A stretch of DNA of 64,000 nucleotides from Candidatus Babelota bacterium (GTDB taxonomy: Bacteria; Babelota; Babeliae; Babelales; JABDEC01), in assembly GCA_013287265.1 (NCBI GenBank), contig JABDEC010000002.1:10105-74104 (forward strand), given 5' to 3'. A model generated the notes under the pieces. The model saw nothing but the letters and a program-made list of their open reading frames with translations. It was not told the DNA's origin and did no database searches. Shown here piece by piece: positions 24,464-35,137 of this stretch. Numbering within the stretch: the first letter of the stretch is position 1; the number at the start of each line of letters is the position of its first letter. The translations under genes and the position numbers were made by a program.

Positions 24464-25492
24464 ATGATTTTAAAAAAATTCCTAATTTTTATTATCAGCT
24501 CTCTTATTGTAGTGACAATTTATGCAGCAAACGAATTAAATAAAATTAAAGAAATAGAATTACTTCAACAAAATTTTAAAAAAGCATTTGAGCAGGGCAA
24601 TGAAAATCGCATTAAGGAATTAGTTGATGATATCGTAAAAAAAGAATTAATAAGGATCTTATTTGATGAAACTAAAGAAATAGTTAAAAAAAATCAGGAA
24701 AATTACAAGGATTTAGTCGCTATATATTTTGATTTGGTAAATCATGGAAAAATAGAAGAACTTCAAAATATCATAACAGATGTTTCATCAAAAGGATTAA
24801 TTAATGCAGCAAACAGATTTGGAAGTAATGCTTTAATGGTTGCCTGTGGGAAGGGATACGTAGATGTAGTTAAATTATTAATTGATTATGGTGCAAACAT
24901 TAATTCACAAAATAATGCAGGTAAAACACCATTTGAATTTGCACTTTCAATAAAAAATAAAGATTTAAGAAAAAATGTAATAAATGAATTAATTTCCAAG
25001 CCGGATTTTGATGTAAATAATAAAAATAAATTTGGCTTAACTCCACTCATTTTAGCTGTTGGTTTACCTCAGAATATAGAAATTGTAAAAAATTTATTAA
25101 AATTAAATCCTAACATATGCGCAAAAGATAATAATGGTGTAACTGCATTACAATGGGCAGTTTATCTAAATAATTTACCCGCAATTAGGATTTTGGTGAA
25201 AGCTGGATCTGATATTTTTATAAAAGGTAAATTTACTGATTTTGCAAAAGGAATACCTAAGTGCGTAAAAAGACTCTCTCCAGAAATAATTAAATTCTTT
25301 GATGAATATGCTAATCAACTTAATGAAATATTTAATGCTATAGAAAAAGGTGATTTAGCAAGAGTTAAAGAATTATTAAAAGTAATAAATGTTAATTCAA
25401 AAAATGAATTTGGAATGGCACTTATTGACGTTGCAGAAAAAAATGGCCAAACAGAAATGGTAAAATTCTTATCAAAACAAATACAAAAATAA
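24464..25492 (+). CDS. Ankyrin-repeat protein with an N-terminal signal/anchor
   Basis: Repeats: GSNALMVACGKGYVDVVKLLIDYGANINSQNNAGKTPFEFA, FGLTPLILAV, NGVTALQWAV. Confidence 0.85.
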   Translation: MILKKFLIFIISSLIVVTIYAANELNKIKEIELLQQNFKKAFEQGNENRIKELVDDIVKKELIRILFDETKEIVKKNQENYKDLVAIYFDLVNHGKIEELQNIITDVSSKGLINAANRFGSNALMVACGKGYVDVVKLLIDYGANINSQNNAGKTPFEFALSIKNKDLRKNVINELISKPDFDVNNKNKFGLTPLILAVGLPQNIEIVKNLLKLNPNICAKDNNGVTALQWAVYLNNLPAIRILVKAGSDIFIKGKFTDFAKGIPKCVKRLSPEIIKFFDEYANQLNEIFNAIEKGDLARVKELLKVINVNSKNEFGMALIDVAEKNGQTEMVKFLSKQIQK

Positions 25493-25552
25493 AAATAAAA
25501 TTTATTCAAATTTTATATGGAAATCAGTTGAATACCTGATAAAATATAAATT

Positions 25553-28500
25553 ATGGATAAACATTTTACGCATTTACATCTTCATACTGAATTTTCACTT
25601 TTAGATGGTGCAATTAGCATAGAAAAGCTAATTGATTTTGGTAAAAAAAACAGCCTAAAAGCACTTGCAATAACTGATCATGGCAATATTTTTGGAGCTG
25701 TTAAATTCTTTCAACAATGCAAATCGGCCGGAATAAAACCGATTTTAGGAATGGAAGCATATTTAACTGAAGATGTTTCCATAAAATCTGTTGATAAAAA
25801 ATATTATCATTTAATTTTATTGGTGCAAAATTCCATTGGTTACAAAAACCTATGTAAATTAATTTCATTTTCTTATCAGGAAGGTTTTTATTTTAAACCA
25901 AGAATTGATTACAAAACATTAAAAAAATATTCAGAAGGTTTAATTGTAACAACTGCTTGTCTTGGTGGCCACATTCCGACCTTATTAATGAATAATAATG
26001 AAAAAGAGGCGGAACAGTATACAAATTGGTTTTTAGATGTTTTCGGTCCTGAAAGATTTTATCTGGAAGTTCAACCTGAAGATCAGAATGAACAAAAAAT
26101 TTTAAATCAAAAATTATTTGATTGGGCAAAAAAATATTCATTAAATTGTGTTGCTGCAGGAGATTGTCATTATGTCAACAAAGAGGATCATGAAGCTCAT
26201 GAAATAATGCTTGCAATTCAAACTCATAATAAAATTGATGATCCTGATAGATTCACTTTTGGAAAATGCAGAGCATATATGCGCACTCAGGATGAAATGC
26301 TTGAAATATTTAAGAATAATCACGATGCAATTTGGAATTCGGGCAAAATCGCTGACATGTGCGATTTTAAATTTGAAACGGGCAAATTATTTTTTCCAAA
26401 ATTTGAAGTACCTATTGAACATACACAAGATAGTTATTTTAGGTATCTTTGCCAATTTGGTTTTGAAAAATTAATTCAAAATGAAAGAATTGATACACAA
26501 GAAAAAGATCATTACCAAAAAAGATTAAATCTTGAAGTTGATTTAATAATAAAGATGGGATTTGTTGGTTATTTTTTAGTTGTTAGTGATTTTATTCAAT
26601 GGGCAAAAAAAAATGGAATTCCTGTCGGACCTGGAAGAGGTTCAGTTGCAGGTTCTTTAGTTGCATGGGCATTGGAAATTACAAATATTGACCCGATAAA
26701 ATACAACCTTCTTTTTGAACGCTTTTTAAATCCTGAACGCGTAAGCATGCCAGATATTGATATAGATTTTTGCATTGATGGTAGAGAAAAAGTAATTCAA
26801 TATGTTCGCGATAAATATGGTCATGATAAAGTTTGTCAGATAATTACTTTTGGTACTATGATGGCAAAAGGCGTAATTAAAGATGTTGCCAGAGTTTTAG
26901 GATTTCCATTTGAAGATGCCAATTCATTAACTGATTTAATTCCGGATCAGTTAAAAATCTCTCTTGAAGAATCTGTCTCGCAAGAACCAAAAATTAAAAA
27001 TTTAATTGAAGCAAATTCAAAAGTCGCACATTTATTTGATATTGCAAAACGATTAGAAGGTCTAACAAGACATGCATCAAAACATGCAGCAGGAATAGTA
27101 ATTTCTCCTGAACCTATTGATGATGTTTTACCAGTTTATATTCCAACAAAAAGCACAGAATTGGTAACTCAATACGCCATGACAGAACTGGAAACTCTTG
27201 GTTTTTTAAAAATGGATATGTTGGGTTTAAAAAACCTGACTCTAATTGATAAAGCACTGCAATTAATTGAACAAAATCACAAAATTAAAATTGATATTGA
27301 TAAAATTCCTCTCAATGATGCAAAATCATTTGAGCTTTTGTGTAAAGGTAAAACTACCGGGATATTCCAATTAGAATCTGATGGCCTTAAAGAAGTTTTG
27401 AAACGACTTCAACCAGAAAAATTTGAAGATATCATTGCAGTCAATGCTCTGTATCGCCCAGGACCTTTAGGCTCAGGAATGGTTGAAGATTTTATTGAAC
27501 GCAAACATGGAAGACAAAAAATTCACTATTTATTTCCTGAACTTGAACCAATTTTAAATGAAACTTATGGAGTTATTGTTTACCAGGAACAAGTAATAAA
27601 AATTGCTTCTGCAATTGGTGGCTACACTTTAGGTGAAGCAGATATTTTGCGCCGCGCGATGGGCAAGAAAAAAGCTGAAGTAATGGCTGAGCAAAGACAA
27701 ATTTTCATGGATAAAGCGCAAAAAAATGGCTTTGATGCGCAAAAAGCAAAAGAGCTTTTTGATCTAATGGAATATTTTGCCGGTTATGGATTTAATAAAT
27801 CTCATTCAGCAGCATATGCTTTAATTGCATATCAGACTGCATATTTAAAAGCGAATTACAAAGCAGAATTTATGGCATGCCTCATTTCATTAGAATCAAC
27901 AAATACTGAAAACATGGCATTTTATCTTGATGAAGCAAAAGATATGGGCATAGAAATAATACCGCCAGATATTAATAAATCTGAAATTAATTTTACTGTT
28001 GTTGATGGAAAAATTTTATTTGGCTTACAAGGTATTAAAAATGTCGGTCTTGCATCATTAGAAAATATACTTTTAGAACGTAATAAGAAAACATTTAATA
28101 ATATTTTAGATTTTTGCATAAGAATTGATCTAAGAACTTCAAATAAACGTGTCTTAGAAAATTTAATTTACGCAGGAGCTTTTGATTCATTAAAAGGAAA
28201 CAGGGCGCAAAAAATTGCAGAGTTACAAAAAATTATGGAAGTCTCTGTTGAGAAGAAAAAAGCTGCATTAACCGGACAAATGGGATTATTTGCAATTTCA
28301 AATGGTGAAAATGAAGTTGAAGAAATTTATGATTTTGAACCAATTGATGATTTTGATGAAAAAGAAAAATTGCAAAAAGAAAAAGAAGTAATGGGATTTT
28401 ATTTAAGTTCTCATCCACTAGATACATATAAAACTTTAAAATGGATAAATGTCAGTTCATTTGATAAGTTTGGGGAAAAATTAAATTCAATAATAAGTGC

Positions 28501-28993
28501 AGAACAAGAAATTGTAATGACCGGTTGTGGAATTTTAAAAAGTTGTAAAAAAATTCTGACAAAAAAAGGCGATAGCATGGCATTCGTACAACTTGAAGAT
28601 AAAAATTCCCATGCAGAAATTATTATTTTTCCCAAACTTTATAAAATTGTTGAAAATTGGCTTTCATCTCATACCGTCTTTGTTGTAAAAGGTGCGCTTG
28701 ATTTAACACAAACAACAAAATGTAAAATTAAAGCTGAACAATTTGTGCCTATTGATTTATTTTTTGAGCATTGGAATTCAATTGAACAAATACAGTTAAA
28801 TTTAGATCAATTTTCTATTGAAACATTAGAAAATCTGAAAAAGAATTTTACAAAAGGAAAAACAAAACTTAATTTTATTTTTAATGAAAATAATAAAAAA
28901 TTAGCATTAAAAACAAATCAAAGTGTAAACATAGATTTTGAAACAATAAATCAGCTTCAGGAGAAAAATATTGAATTCAAATTTAATATATAA
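25553..28993 (+). CDS. dnaE: DNA polymerase III alpha subunit
   Basis: PHP domain (HLHLHTEFSLLDG, ITDHGN), palm/fingers motifs (PDIDIDF, GRGSVAGSLVAWAL, HAAGIVIS, LKMDMLGLKNL, FNKSHSAAYA) and a C-terminal OB region. 1146 aa. Confidence 0.97.
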   Translation: MDKHFTHLHLHTEFSLLDGAISIEKLIDFGKKNSLKALAITDHGNIFGAVKFFQQCKSAGIKPILGMEAYLTEDVSIKSVDKKYYHLILLVQNSIGYKNLCKLISFSYQEGFYFKPRIDYKTLKKYSEGLIVTTACLGGHIPTLLMNNNEKEAEQYTNWFLDVFGPERFYLEVQPEDQNEQKILNQKLFDWAKKYSLNCVAAGDCHYVNKEDHEAHEIMLAIQTHNKIDDPDRFTFGKCRAYMRTQDEMLEIFKNNHDAIWNSGKIADMCDFKFETGKLFFPKFEVPIEHTQDSYFRYLCQFGFEKLIQNERIDTQEKDHYQKRLNLEVDLIIKMGFVGYFLVVSDFIQWAKKNGIPVGPGRGSVAGSLVAWALEITNIDPIKYNLLFERFLNPERVSMPDIDIDFCIDGREKVIQYVRDKYGHDKVCQIITFGTMMAKGVIKDVARVLGFPFEDANSLTDLIPDQLKISLEESVSQEPKIKNLIEANSKVAHLFDIAKRLEGLTRHASKHAAGIVISPEPIDDVLPVYIPTKSTELVTQYAMTELETLGFLKMDMLGLKNLTLIDKALQLIEQNHKIKIDIDKIPLNDAKSFELLCKGKTTGIFQLESDGLKEVLKRLQPEKFEDIIAVNALYRPGPLGSGMVEDFIERKHGRQKIHYLFPELEPILNETYGVIVYQEQVIKIASAIGGYTLGEADILRRAMGKKKAEVMAEQRQIFMDKAQKNGFDAQKAKELFDLMEYFAGYGFNKSHSAAYALIAYQTAYLKANYKAEFMACLISLESTNTENMAFYLDEAKDMGIEIIPPDINKSEINFTVVDGKILFGLQGIKNVGLASLENILLERNKKTFNNILDFCIRIDLRTSNKRVLENLIYAGAFDSLKGNRAQKIAELQKIMEVSVEKKKAALTGQMGLFAISNGENEVEEIYDFEPIDDFDEKEKLQKEKEVMGFYLSSHPLDTYKTLKWINVSSFDKFGEKLNSIISAEQEIVMTGCGILKSCKKILTKKGDSMAFVQLEDKNSHAEIIIFPKLYKIVENWLSSHTVFVVKGALDLTQTTKCKIKAEQFVPIDLFFEHWNSIEQIQLNLDQFSIETLENLKKNFTKGKTKLNFIFNENNKKLALKTNQSVNIDFETINQLQEKNIEFKFNI

Positions 28994-29363
28994 AACAATT
29001 TTATCTCTGCTTTTTGTAATTTCATTTTCGACAAAACCAATAAATTTAAATCCGACTAGTTTAATTTTAAAAGTTACTGGAATTTCTAATAAAATTGAAA
29101 CTTTAAAAAATGGGATTTATTCAGGATTGGCAGGACTTAAAGCTGCTGCATTACCGATGGTGATCTGCGTAGGAATAAGCAAGCAAACAGATAATCAAGC
29201 ATTAATTACGACTGTCGGTGCATCATTGTGGCTTGCAAATTTATATGCTATGAAAAAATTACTTGGCAATAAAAGTAATGATTTTGTCTTAGTAGGTTCT
29301 TCTTTAATTACAATGTATTTTATTGGAAAAGAAATTGAAAAAAGGAAAAATAATGAAGAATAA
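28971..29363 (+). CDS. Small hypothetical membrane protein
   Basis: TTG start, hydrophobic N-terminus, 2-3 predicted TM segments. Architecture similar to the next ORF. Confidence 0.45.
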   Translation: MNSNLIYKTILSLLFVISFSTKPINLNPTSLILKVTGISNKIETLKNGIYSGLAGLKAAALPMVICVGISKQTDNQALITTVGASLWLANLYAMKKLLGNKSNDFVLVGSSLITMYFIGKEIEKRKNNEE

Positions 29364-29724
29364 ATTTTTAATTGCTTTAATAATATTATTTGCACATAAA
29401 TTAGAAGCAAATATTGTTGATAATTTAAAAACAGGTGCAATTTCTGTTGGAGCAGGAACAATTTCAGGAATTATCCCATTTTATTGCGCAATAAAAATTC
29501 ATGAAAATGATTATAACTATAAACCGGTAATTTACACATCGATGCTTGGTTCTTATTTATTGTCTCTAGTTTTGAGTAAACATTTTGCAAAGAATCACAT
29601 CAATGAAAATATTTTGGATCTTTCTTCAATTATTTCAGCATTTTTAACATCCGTGTACGTTGAAGAAAGCGATAGATTCAAAAAAACTACAAAATCTATT
29701 TTGCCTGCTTTATTGCATAAATAG
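29353..29724 (+). CDS. Small hypothetical membrane protein
   Basis: The ATG at 29353 follows AAAGGA. Signal-like MKNKFLIALIILFAHKLEA, then glycine-rich TM segments. Confidence 0.5.
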   Translation: MKNKFLIALIILFAHKLEANIVDNLKTGAISVGAGTISGIIPFYCAIKIHENDYNYKPVIYTSMLGSYLLSLVLSKHFAKNHINENILDLSSIISAFLTSVYVEESDRFKKTTKSILPALLHK

Positions 29725-30115
29725 TACTTTCACAAACGTCTGAAGTTATTTTACATTGCTTAATGCAATCATTACATGCATTTATACAATTAATATCATT
29801 CATTTTACATTGATAAATTACTTTTTTACATTTATCAATACAAATTTTGCATTCCTGAATTGTTTTTTGGCAAGCTTTTTTGCAATTTTCATCTTTGCAT
29901 TCTTTTAAATGTTGTTGACAGTGTTCAATGCATTTTGTACAGGCATTTATGCATTCGTTGCATGCTTTAACTGACTTTCCAACTTGTTCAGAACATTCCT
30001 GATAACTTTTTACACCGCACATTGGTACCAAAACCTGACATGCATCAATTACTTTTTGGCATTTATCAATGCAATCTTTTAAACTGTTTAAATGATTTAA
30101 TGAAGAATGATTCAT
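29696..30115 (-). CDS. Cysteine-rich four-helix-bundle protein (DUF326 / Csp3-like metal-binding)
   Basis: Repeated CxxCxxxCxxCxxxC spacing (ACNECINACTKCIEHC, CKICIDKCKKVIYQC). 22 Cys in 139 aa. The start at 30115 is preceded by AAGGAG. No signal peptide. Confidence 0.7.
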   Translation of the reverse strand: MNHSSLNHLNSLKDCIDKCQKVIDACQVLVPMCGVKSYQECSEQVGKSVKACNECINACTKCIEHCQQHLKECKDENCKKACQKTIQECKICIDKCKKVIYQCKMNDINCINACNDCIKQCKITSDVCESTIYAIKQAK

Positions 30116-30128
30116 TAAAACTCCTTTT

Positions 30129-30554
30129 TTATTTTTTTGACATAAATTCAATTACTTTGGCACAAATATTCATGCAATCTTTGCCCTTTTTAATAAAATC
30201 TTCGCATGCATCTACTGACAGTTCTTCAGTATCTTTGCAATTGATTTCACATTCTTCAGATGCTTTTATACACTCATCAAGATAATATTTAGCTTTTTCA
30301 TGCATAGTTGCGCATTCTTTTGATTTGCATTTTTTTATGTGTAAATCAAAATGATCTTTACAAATTTCACATGCAGAAATTAATTCATCAAAACTGACAA
30401 CACATTTGCCCTGAGAAAGTTCACATTCTGGAAATATTTTTTTTTTGGAAATACAGGATTTATCTACATCTTTGCAGATATCAATGCATTCCTGGCACCT
30501 GTTTAAGCAATCTTTAAAAACATAGAAAAAATGAGGTGAAACATGGTCAGACAT
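30129..30554 (-). CDS. Cysteine-rich four-helix-bundle protein (DUF326 / Csp3-like), tandem paralog
   Basis: DCLNRCQECIDICKD, ACEICKDH. 17 Cys in 141 aa. RBS GGGGAG upstream. Confidence 0.65.
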   Translation of the reverse strand: MSDHVSPHFFYVFKDCLNRCQECIDICKDVDKSCISKKKIFPECELSQGKCVVSFDELISACEICKDHFDLHIKKCKSKECATMHEKAKYYLDECIKASEECEINCKDTEELSVDACEDFIKKGKDCMNICAKVIEFMSKK

Positions 30555-30602
30555 ACTACTCCCCTTTTTTTAATTTTATTTTGATCGATTGAATTTCAAA
30601 AT

Positions 30603-31511
30603 TTAACTTAGATAACTGTCTCTGATATCAGAAGGCTCTGTAATTTTAGATCCAACAAACGAAGTTGCATCTCCAACACCTTTAACAAATGTTCCAACAA
30701 AATAAATAACTGATAATGCTAATTTATTTAAGGATATATTTTTATAGTTAGCATAAGGTATTGCTGCAAAAATAGTTAAGAGTTTTAGAAATTTCATAGA
30801 ATTTTCTATTCCTGAACCTTCAAGTGCTCTCGGCCACCTTTTAAAAAAGAATTCAAATAATTTATTGTCTATTTTTTGGCCAAATTTATAATTAATAGCA
30901 GCAAGTAATGAAATATCGATTAATGTATTTGCAATATAATTTTTCCAATGAATATTTGTTTTATTACCGACAACATCTGTCGAACTCGTCCAAATTTTAT
31001 TGGAAATTGTAGTTCTTAAGCTTTGTTTAGGCTGTGTATCTTCATTGTTTTTTTCTAAAAATTTAGCAACGAGACTAATATTATCATCAGTGTTTCCAAA
31101 AATTTGAAGAAATATGCCTGGATCTTTCATTGCTATACAAGCCTTAAGAACTTTTATTTTTGTATGATTCTGTTCCCTTTCAGTATAATCTGCCATTTTC
31201 ATAGCAATACTAGATTTAGCATGGGTAATTATATTTGTTGAAAGAGAGCCTTGTTCTTTATGTTTTCTAATTTGCTCAAGTATCTGATCAAGACTAGAAC
31301 GCTCAAATATATTAGGTATAGAATGATTTGCAAAAAAATCATTTCTATTCATTCTTGATGCTGAATCGCCATTAGTTTCCGAAGGACCTTGTCTTTGTGA
31401 AATATGAGCTTGAGCTCTTCGGATTTGTTCAGCGTCTAAGCAAAACGTATCAGATATTTGATTAAATAATAATATCAACGTAAAAAGTTTGAAAAAGCGT
31501 AAATTTTTCAT
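30603..31511 (-). CDS. Hypothetical exported protein with a hydrophobic C-terminal region
   Basis: Signal peptide MKNLRFFKLFTLILLFNQISDTFC. RBS GGAGG upstream. No recognisable domain. Confidence 0.55.
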   Translation of the reverse strand: MKNLRFFKLFTLILLFNQISDTFCLDAEQIRRAQAHISQRQGPSETNGDSASRMNRNDFFANHSIPNIFERSSLDQILEQIRKHKEQGSLSTNIITHAKSSIAMKMADYTEREQNHTKIKVLKACIAMKDPGIFLQIFGNTDDNISLVAKFLEKNNEDTQPKQSLRTTISNKIWTSSTDVVGNKTNIHWKNYIANTLIDISLLAAINYKFGQKIDNKLFEFFFKRWPRALEGSGIENSMKFLKLLTIFAAIPYANYKNISLNKLALSVIYFVGTFVKGVGDATSFVGSKITEPSDIRDSYLS

Positions 31512-31742
31512 AGTAAACCTCCTAAAGTCTTATAAATTCTTAACGCTTAATATCAATATAGCAGATTAATAAAATTTTACAATTATACAATAATTACAAT
31601 GTAGCATCTAAGGAAATTGTTACAAATAGAAATTTTATACCTGTAATTTTAAAGCACTTTTAATAAGAAATTTCTGCAGATGTTGCATAAGGCTTTAATT
31701 TTTGCAATTTTAATATATGATCACAAAATAAGGACTTTTAAC

Positions 31743-32849
31743 ATGCAACCAAATAAAGAAATTAACCCTAGAGAAAGTAATCCAGGCCCATTTGTATTTA
31801 GTGGCAATATCTATTTTTTCCACGCATTTGACGTTGGCGAAGATATCAATTTTGAAAAGATTGAGAAATCACAGGCATTACTGAGAAAGCCCTTAGTTTT
31901 GCCAAAATATTTTAAAAGATACCATATTCCACTTTCTGTTGAATTACCTTCAGGACAGGAATCATCGAATTGTATCAGCGCAAAGTTGCATGGTTTTGGA
32001 GTAATTTCTTTAACATATAAAATTCCATTTCAAGAAACATTGGAAGATTTAAGAAAAAATATAAATGATCTTGACCAAAAATATCAGGAACAAAGTATCA
32101 ATGATGCTGCTGCAATTTATAAAAACATAAAGCCATTTATAGTAAACCCAAAATTCTTTCACCTAAGAACTTATTATCCTGTCACTCAGGTCAATCCTGA
32201 ATTAACAAGAATTGATATGACAAAATTGAAGGATCAATACGGCGGAATTATTGCATCACTCTTAAGATTTGAAACAGAATCACTTTCTGAATATCAAAAA
32301 GATGAAATTTTAGAATCTGCAATGGGTTATTATAGAGGCGATTTAGTTGTAATAGATTCTGAAGCCGCTTTTGTAGCTGATGAAGAGTTTGAAGATATTT
32401 TAGATCTTTTTGAATTTGCCAACATACAACAACTTGAATTACAATATTTTGATAAAGTTTTAGATCAACAATTAAATATATTCTATGAGCAAAAGGCTAG
32501 ATCTCTTCCACTAAAAGCGTATTTACCATTTCTTGCAGCTGAAAATAAATCCGGAGTTGATTTAGGAAAATTAAAAGTAGATATTTCTGTGATTACTGAG
32601 CGAATCGAAAATAGCATTAAATTGACAGGCGAAGCTTATTATTCTGAAATTTATTCAATGCTTGTTAGAAAACTTGATATTAATAATTGGAAAGATTCTT
32701 TAACAAATAAATTAAATATTATTGAAGATGTTCAAAAAGTTTATCAGAATGAAATTGATACAATACGCGAAGATTTACTTTCTGTTTTAATTATTATTCT
32801 AATTTTTATTGAATTAATTGTTGGTATTTTAACTTATTTCAAAAAATAA
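31743..32849 (+). CDS. Hypothetical protein with a C-terminal TM helix (possibly DUF155/RMD1-like)
   Basis: The ATG at 31743 follows AAGGA. C-terminal helix LLSVLIIILIFIELIVGILTYF. The overall layout is reminiscent of the DUF155 family, but that assignment is weak. Confidence 0.5.
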   Translation: MQPNKEINPRESNPGPFVFSGNIYFFHAFDVGEDINFEKIEKSQALLRKPLVLPKYFKRYHIPLSVELPSGQESSNCISAKLHGFGVISLTYKIPFQETLEDLRKNINDLDQKYQEQSINDAAAIYKNIKPFIVNPKFFHLRTYYPVTQVNPELTRIDMTKLKDQYGGIIASLLRFETESLSEYQKDEILESAMGYYRGDLVVIDSEAAFVADEEFEDILDLFEFANIQQLELQYFDKVLDQQLNIFYEQKARSLPLKAYLPFLAAENKSGVDLGKLKVDISVITERIENSIKLTGEAYYSEIYSMLVRKLDINNWKDSLTNKLNIIEDVQKVYQNEIDTIREDLLSVLIIILIFIELIVGILTYFKK

Positions 32850-32850
32850 T

Positions 32851-33300
32851 TTAATTTTCTGCGACAATTTCCAATCTCGTTGCATAATCTGCACATATTT
32901 CATGCAAATCAGGAATAAGAAAGTTTAAATCTTTAAATTCTTTTAAAAATTCATCTCTTTCAAAAGAGCGGATAATAGCAAAAGTTAACTTTTTTGAATT
33001 TATCTTTTTATAAGAGCTAATCACTTTTACCATTTTCATTAATTGATTGTAATTCCACGTGGTTTCATAAAATTCATTCTTAGAATGTACTTCTAGATAA
33101 AAGTTTGGATTCTTTATTGATAAATTAATTTCTATAAAATTATTAGGGATTAATGTAAGCAAATAAGATTTTTTTTCCAATTCACTATAAAAATATATAT
33201 ATAATTCTTCGTTTGTTTTATTAAAAAGACGAAAAGATTGAAGATCAAAAATAAATAAAATTAGACCAATAAATAATATAAATTTATTTTGCCACAACAA
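32851..33300 (-). CDS. Hypothetical exported protein
   Basis: Hydrophobic N-terminus. Lies downstream of grpE on the same strand with a 17-nt overlap. Confidence 0.45.
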   Translation of the reverse strand: MLWQNKFILFIGLILFIFDLQSFRLFNKTNEELYIYFYSELEKKSYLLTLIPNNFIEINLSIKNPNFYLEVHSKNEFYETTWNYNQLMKMVKVISSYKKINSKKLTFAIIRSFERDEFLKEFKDLNFLIPDLHEICADYATRLEIVAEN

Positions 33301-33781
33301 CTTTTGCCGGCCTTAAAACACGGTTATTAAATGTAAAACCCTTTTGAGCTACATTAACTATCTGACCTGATTTTTTATCAGCTGATTCAACTTGGGCAAT
33401 CGCTTCATGAATTTCCGGATTAAAGATATTATTGTCTTGAATTTCTTTTACGTTGTATTTATTTAAAAGTTTATAGAGCGACTTATGAATTAATTCAAAC
33501 CCTGAAATCCAATTTTGAAATTCTTTACTAATTTCCTTTTTATGTAATTCAGTGAATGCTCTATCAAAATCATCAACTATATTTAAAATATCCAAAATTA
33601 TATCATTTTGAGCTGAAATCAACCATTCACTTTTTTCTTTAGTGATTCTTTTTTTATAATTTTCAAAATCAGCACTAAGTCTTAAAAATGAATCTTTTAA
33701 AACTTGAACTTCATTTTTGCAACTTTCAAGTTCTTTATTAGCATCTGAATTTTGATTATTTTCTCTTATTTGATCATCCAT
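33284..33781 (-). CDS. grpE: Nucleotide exchange factor GrpE
   Basis: LKDSFLRLSADFENYKKRITKE, then ...HEAIAQVES...GQIVNVAQKGFTFNNRVLRPAKVVVAK. Confidence 0.93.
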   Translation of the reverse strand: MDDQIRENNQNSDANKELESCKNEVQVLKDSFLRLSADFENYKKRITKEKSEWLISAQNDIILDILNIVDDFDRAFTELHKKEISKEFQNWISGFELIHKSLYKLLNKYNVKEIQDNNIFNPEIHEAIAQVESADKKSGQIVNVAQKGFTFNNRVLRPAKVVVAK

Positions 33782-33883
33782 TTTATGATCCTAAATCTTT
33801 TATATTAAATTGAATCAATTTCGTTTTTATAGTATATCATATGTGTCTTTAGTTATGAAGAAAATTAATTAAAAAGGGAAATT

Positions 33884-35137
33884 GTGAACAATAAAAAACT
33901 CCTAGTTTTATTATGCAGCATAACTTTTAAAATCCTTTCTGATGAACCAAAATTCTTTAAAGCTGGTCATTTTTATTCTGAACCAAGATTGGCAGAAAAA
34001 TGGTTGACCACAATAGATTTAGAATTTGAATTTGGAAAAACCACTGTTGGTTACAATAACTGCGGCATGAAAACCAATATTTTAAATATTTATGGAGATG
34101 AAAATATAAAGCAACTTGCTAATGGTGTGCCTGAAACATTTTTAAAAAAATCGCCAAATCCATTTTTAAATACATTGTTTCTTGAAGAAACCGGAATAAA
34201 TTTTGGCAAAATTCAATTTAATGGAAAGTTTAAAGTTTCAGAAATGGTTTTAGATTATTATCAAAATTTTTCAAAAGGTTTTTTTAGCCAAATTTATTTA
34301 CCATATTTCTTTAAATTAAACATTTATGATATTAATTTTGATGATCTTTCAAGCCCGGCAAATTCTAAACCGGATGCAAATTATCAGGATTGGAAAAATT
34401 TTGTAAATAACCTCGAAAAAAATATTGCAAATTATGGTTTATCTATCGGACCAATTTGCAGAAAAGGGCCGGGAGACCTTTTGCTCTTTTTTGGCTGGAC
34501 ATTTAATCATGAAGATACGGAATATATTGATTTTATAGATGCAACATTTAAAGCAGGAGTTTTATTCCCTACGGGCACAAAAAAAGATCTAACAAAAGTT
34601 TTTGATATAACTACAGGTTACAATGGTTTTTGGGGCGTACCCATATCTTTTAAAGCATCTTTTGGCCTTTATGAATGGTTAACTTTTGGCGGACATGCAG
34701 CAGCAATTTTTTTCAAAGATAGAATAGAAACAGTTAAATTTAAAACAGCATTTGAGCAAAATGGATTTATCAAATTAGCAAGTGGACCAGCCAATATTCA
34801 TCAAGGAACAAATTGGAATCTCGGATTATTTATTAAAGCAGACCATTTTATGAACGGAATATCAGTTATTTTGGGTTACAGATATGATCAAAAAAATCGT
34901 TGGGTGATTACGCCTTGCGATTTGGAAACTTACAATTTTGACGTTGTCAATAGTGATAGCATGCTTCAAAGATGGAATATGCATACCATAAATTTTCTTG
35001 CAGAGTATGATTTTGAAAGTGAGAGATGTCATCATCTTCCAAAAATTCAGGTATTTATAGATATTCCGGTGTCAGGAAAATTAATTTTTAAAACTGCAAT
35101 GGCCGGATTTACTTTAGGAATAGATTATGAATGGTAA
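33884..35137 (+). CDS. Outer-membrane beta-barrel protein (porin/MOMP-like)
   Basis: Signal peptide, amphipathic beta patterns, and C-terminus AGFTLGIDYEW ending in an aromatic residue. GTG start. Confidence 0.55.
   Translation: MNNKKLLVLLCSITFKILSDEPKFFKAGHFYSEPRLAEKWLTTIDLEFEFGKTTVGYNNCGMKTNILNIYGDENIKQLANGVPETFLKKSPNPFLNTLFLEETGINFGKIQFNGKFKVSEMVLDYYQNFSKGFFSQIYLPYFFKLNIYDINFDDLSSPANSKPDANYQDWKNFVNNLEKNIANYGLSIGPICRKGPGDLLLFFGWTFNHEDTEYIDFIDATFKAGVLFPTGTKKDLTKVFDITTGYNGFWGVPISFKASFGLYEWLTFGGHAAAIFFKDRIETVKFKTAFEQNGFIKLASGPANIHQGTNWNLGLFIKADHFMNGISVILGYRYDQKNRWVITPCDLETYNFDVVNSDSMLQRWNMHTINFLAEYDFESERCHHLPKIQVFIDIPVSGKLIFKTAMAGFTLGIDYEW

Noticed and set aside
25893-28635. Several 60-90 aa ORFs inside dnaE (both strands)
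   Set aside because: They are fully embedded in a gene with unambiguous DnaE motifs along its whole length.
33782-33883. A CIRCE/HrcA operator upstream of grpE
   Set aside because: No TTAGCACTC-N9-GAGTGCTAA-like inverted repeat is present in the intergenic region.
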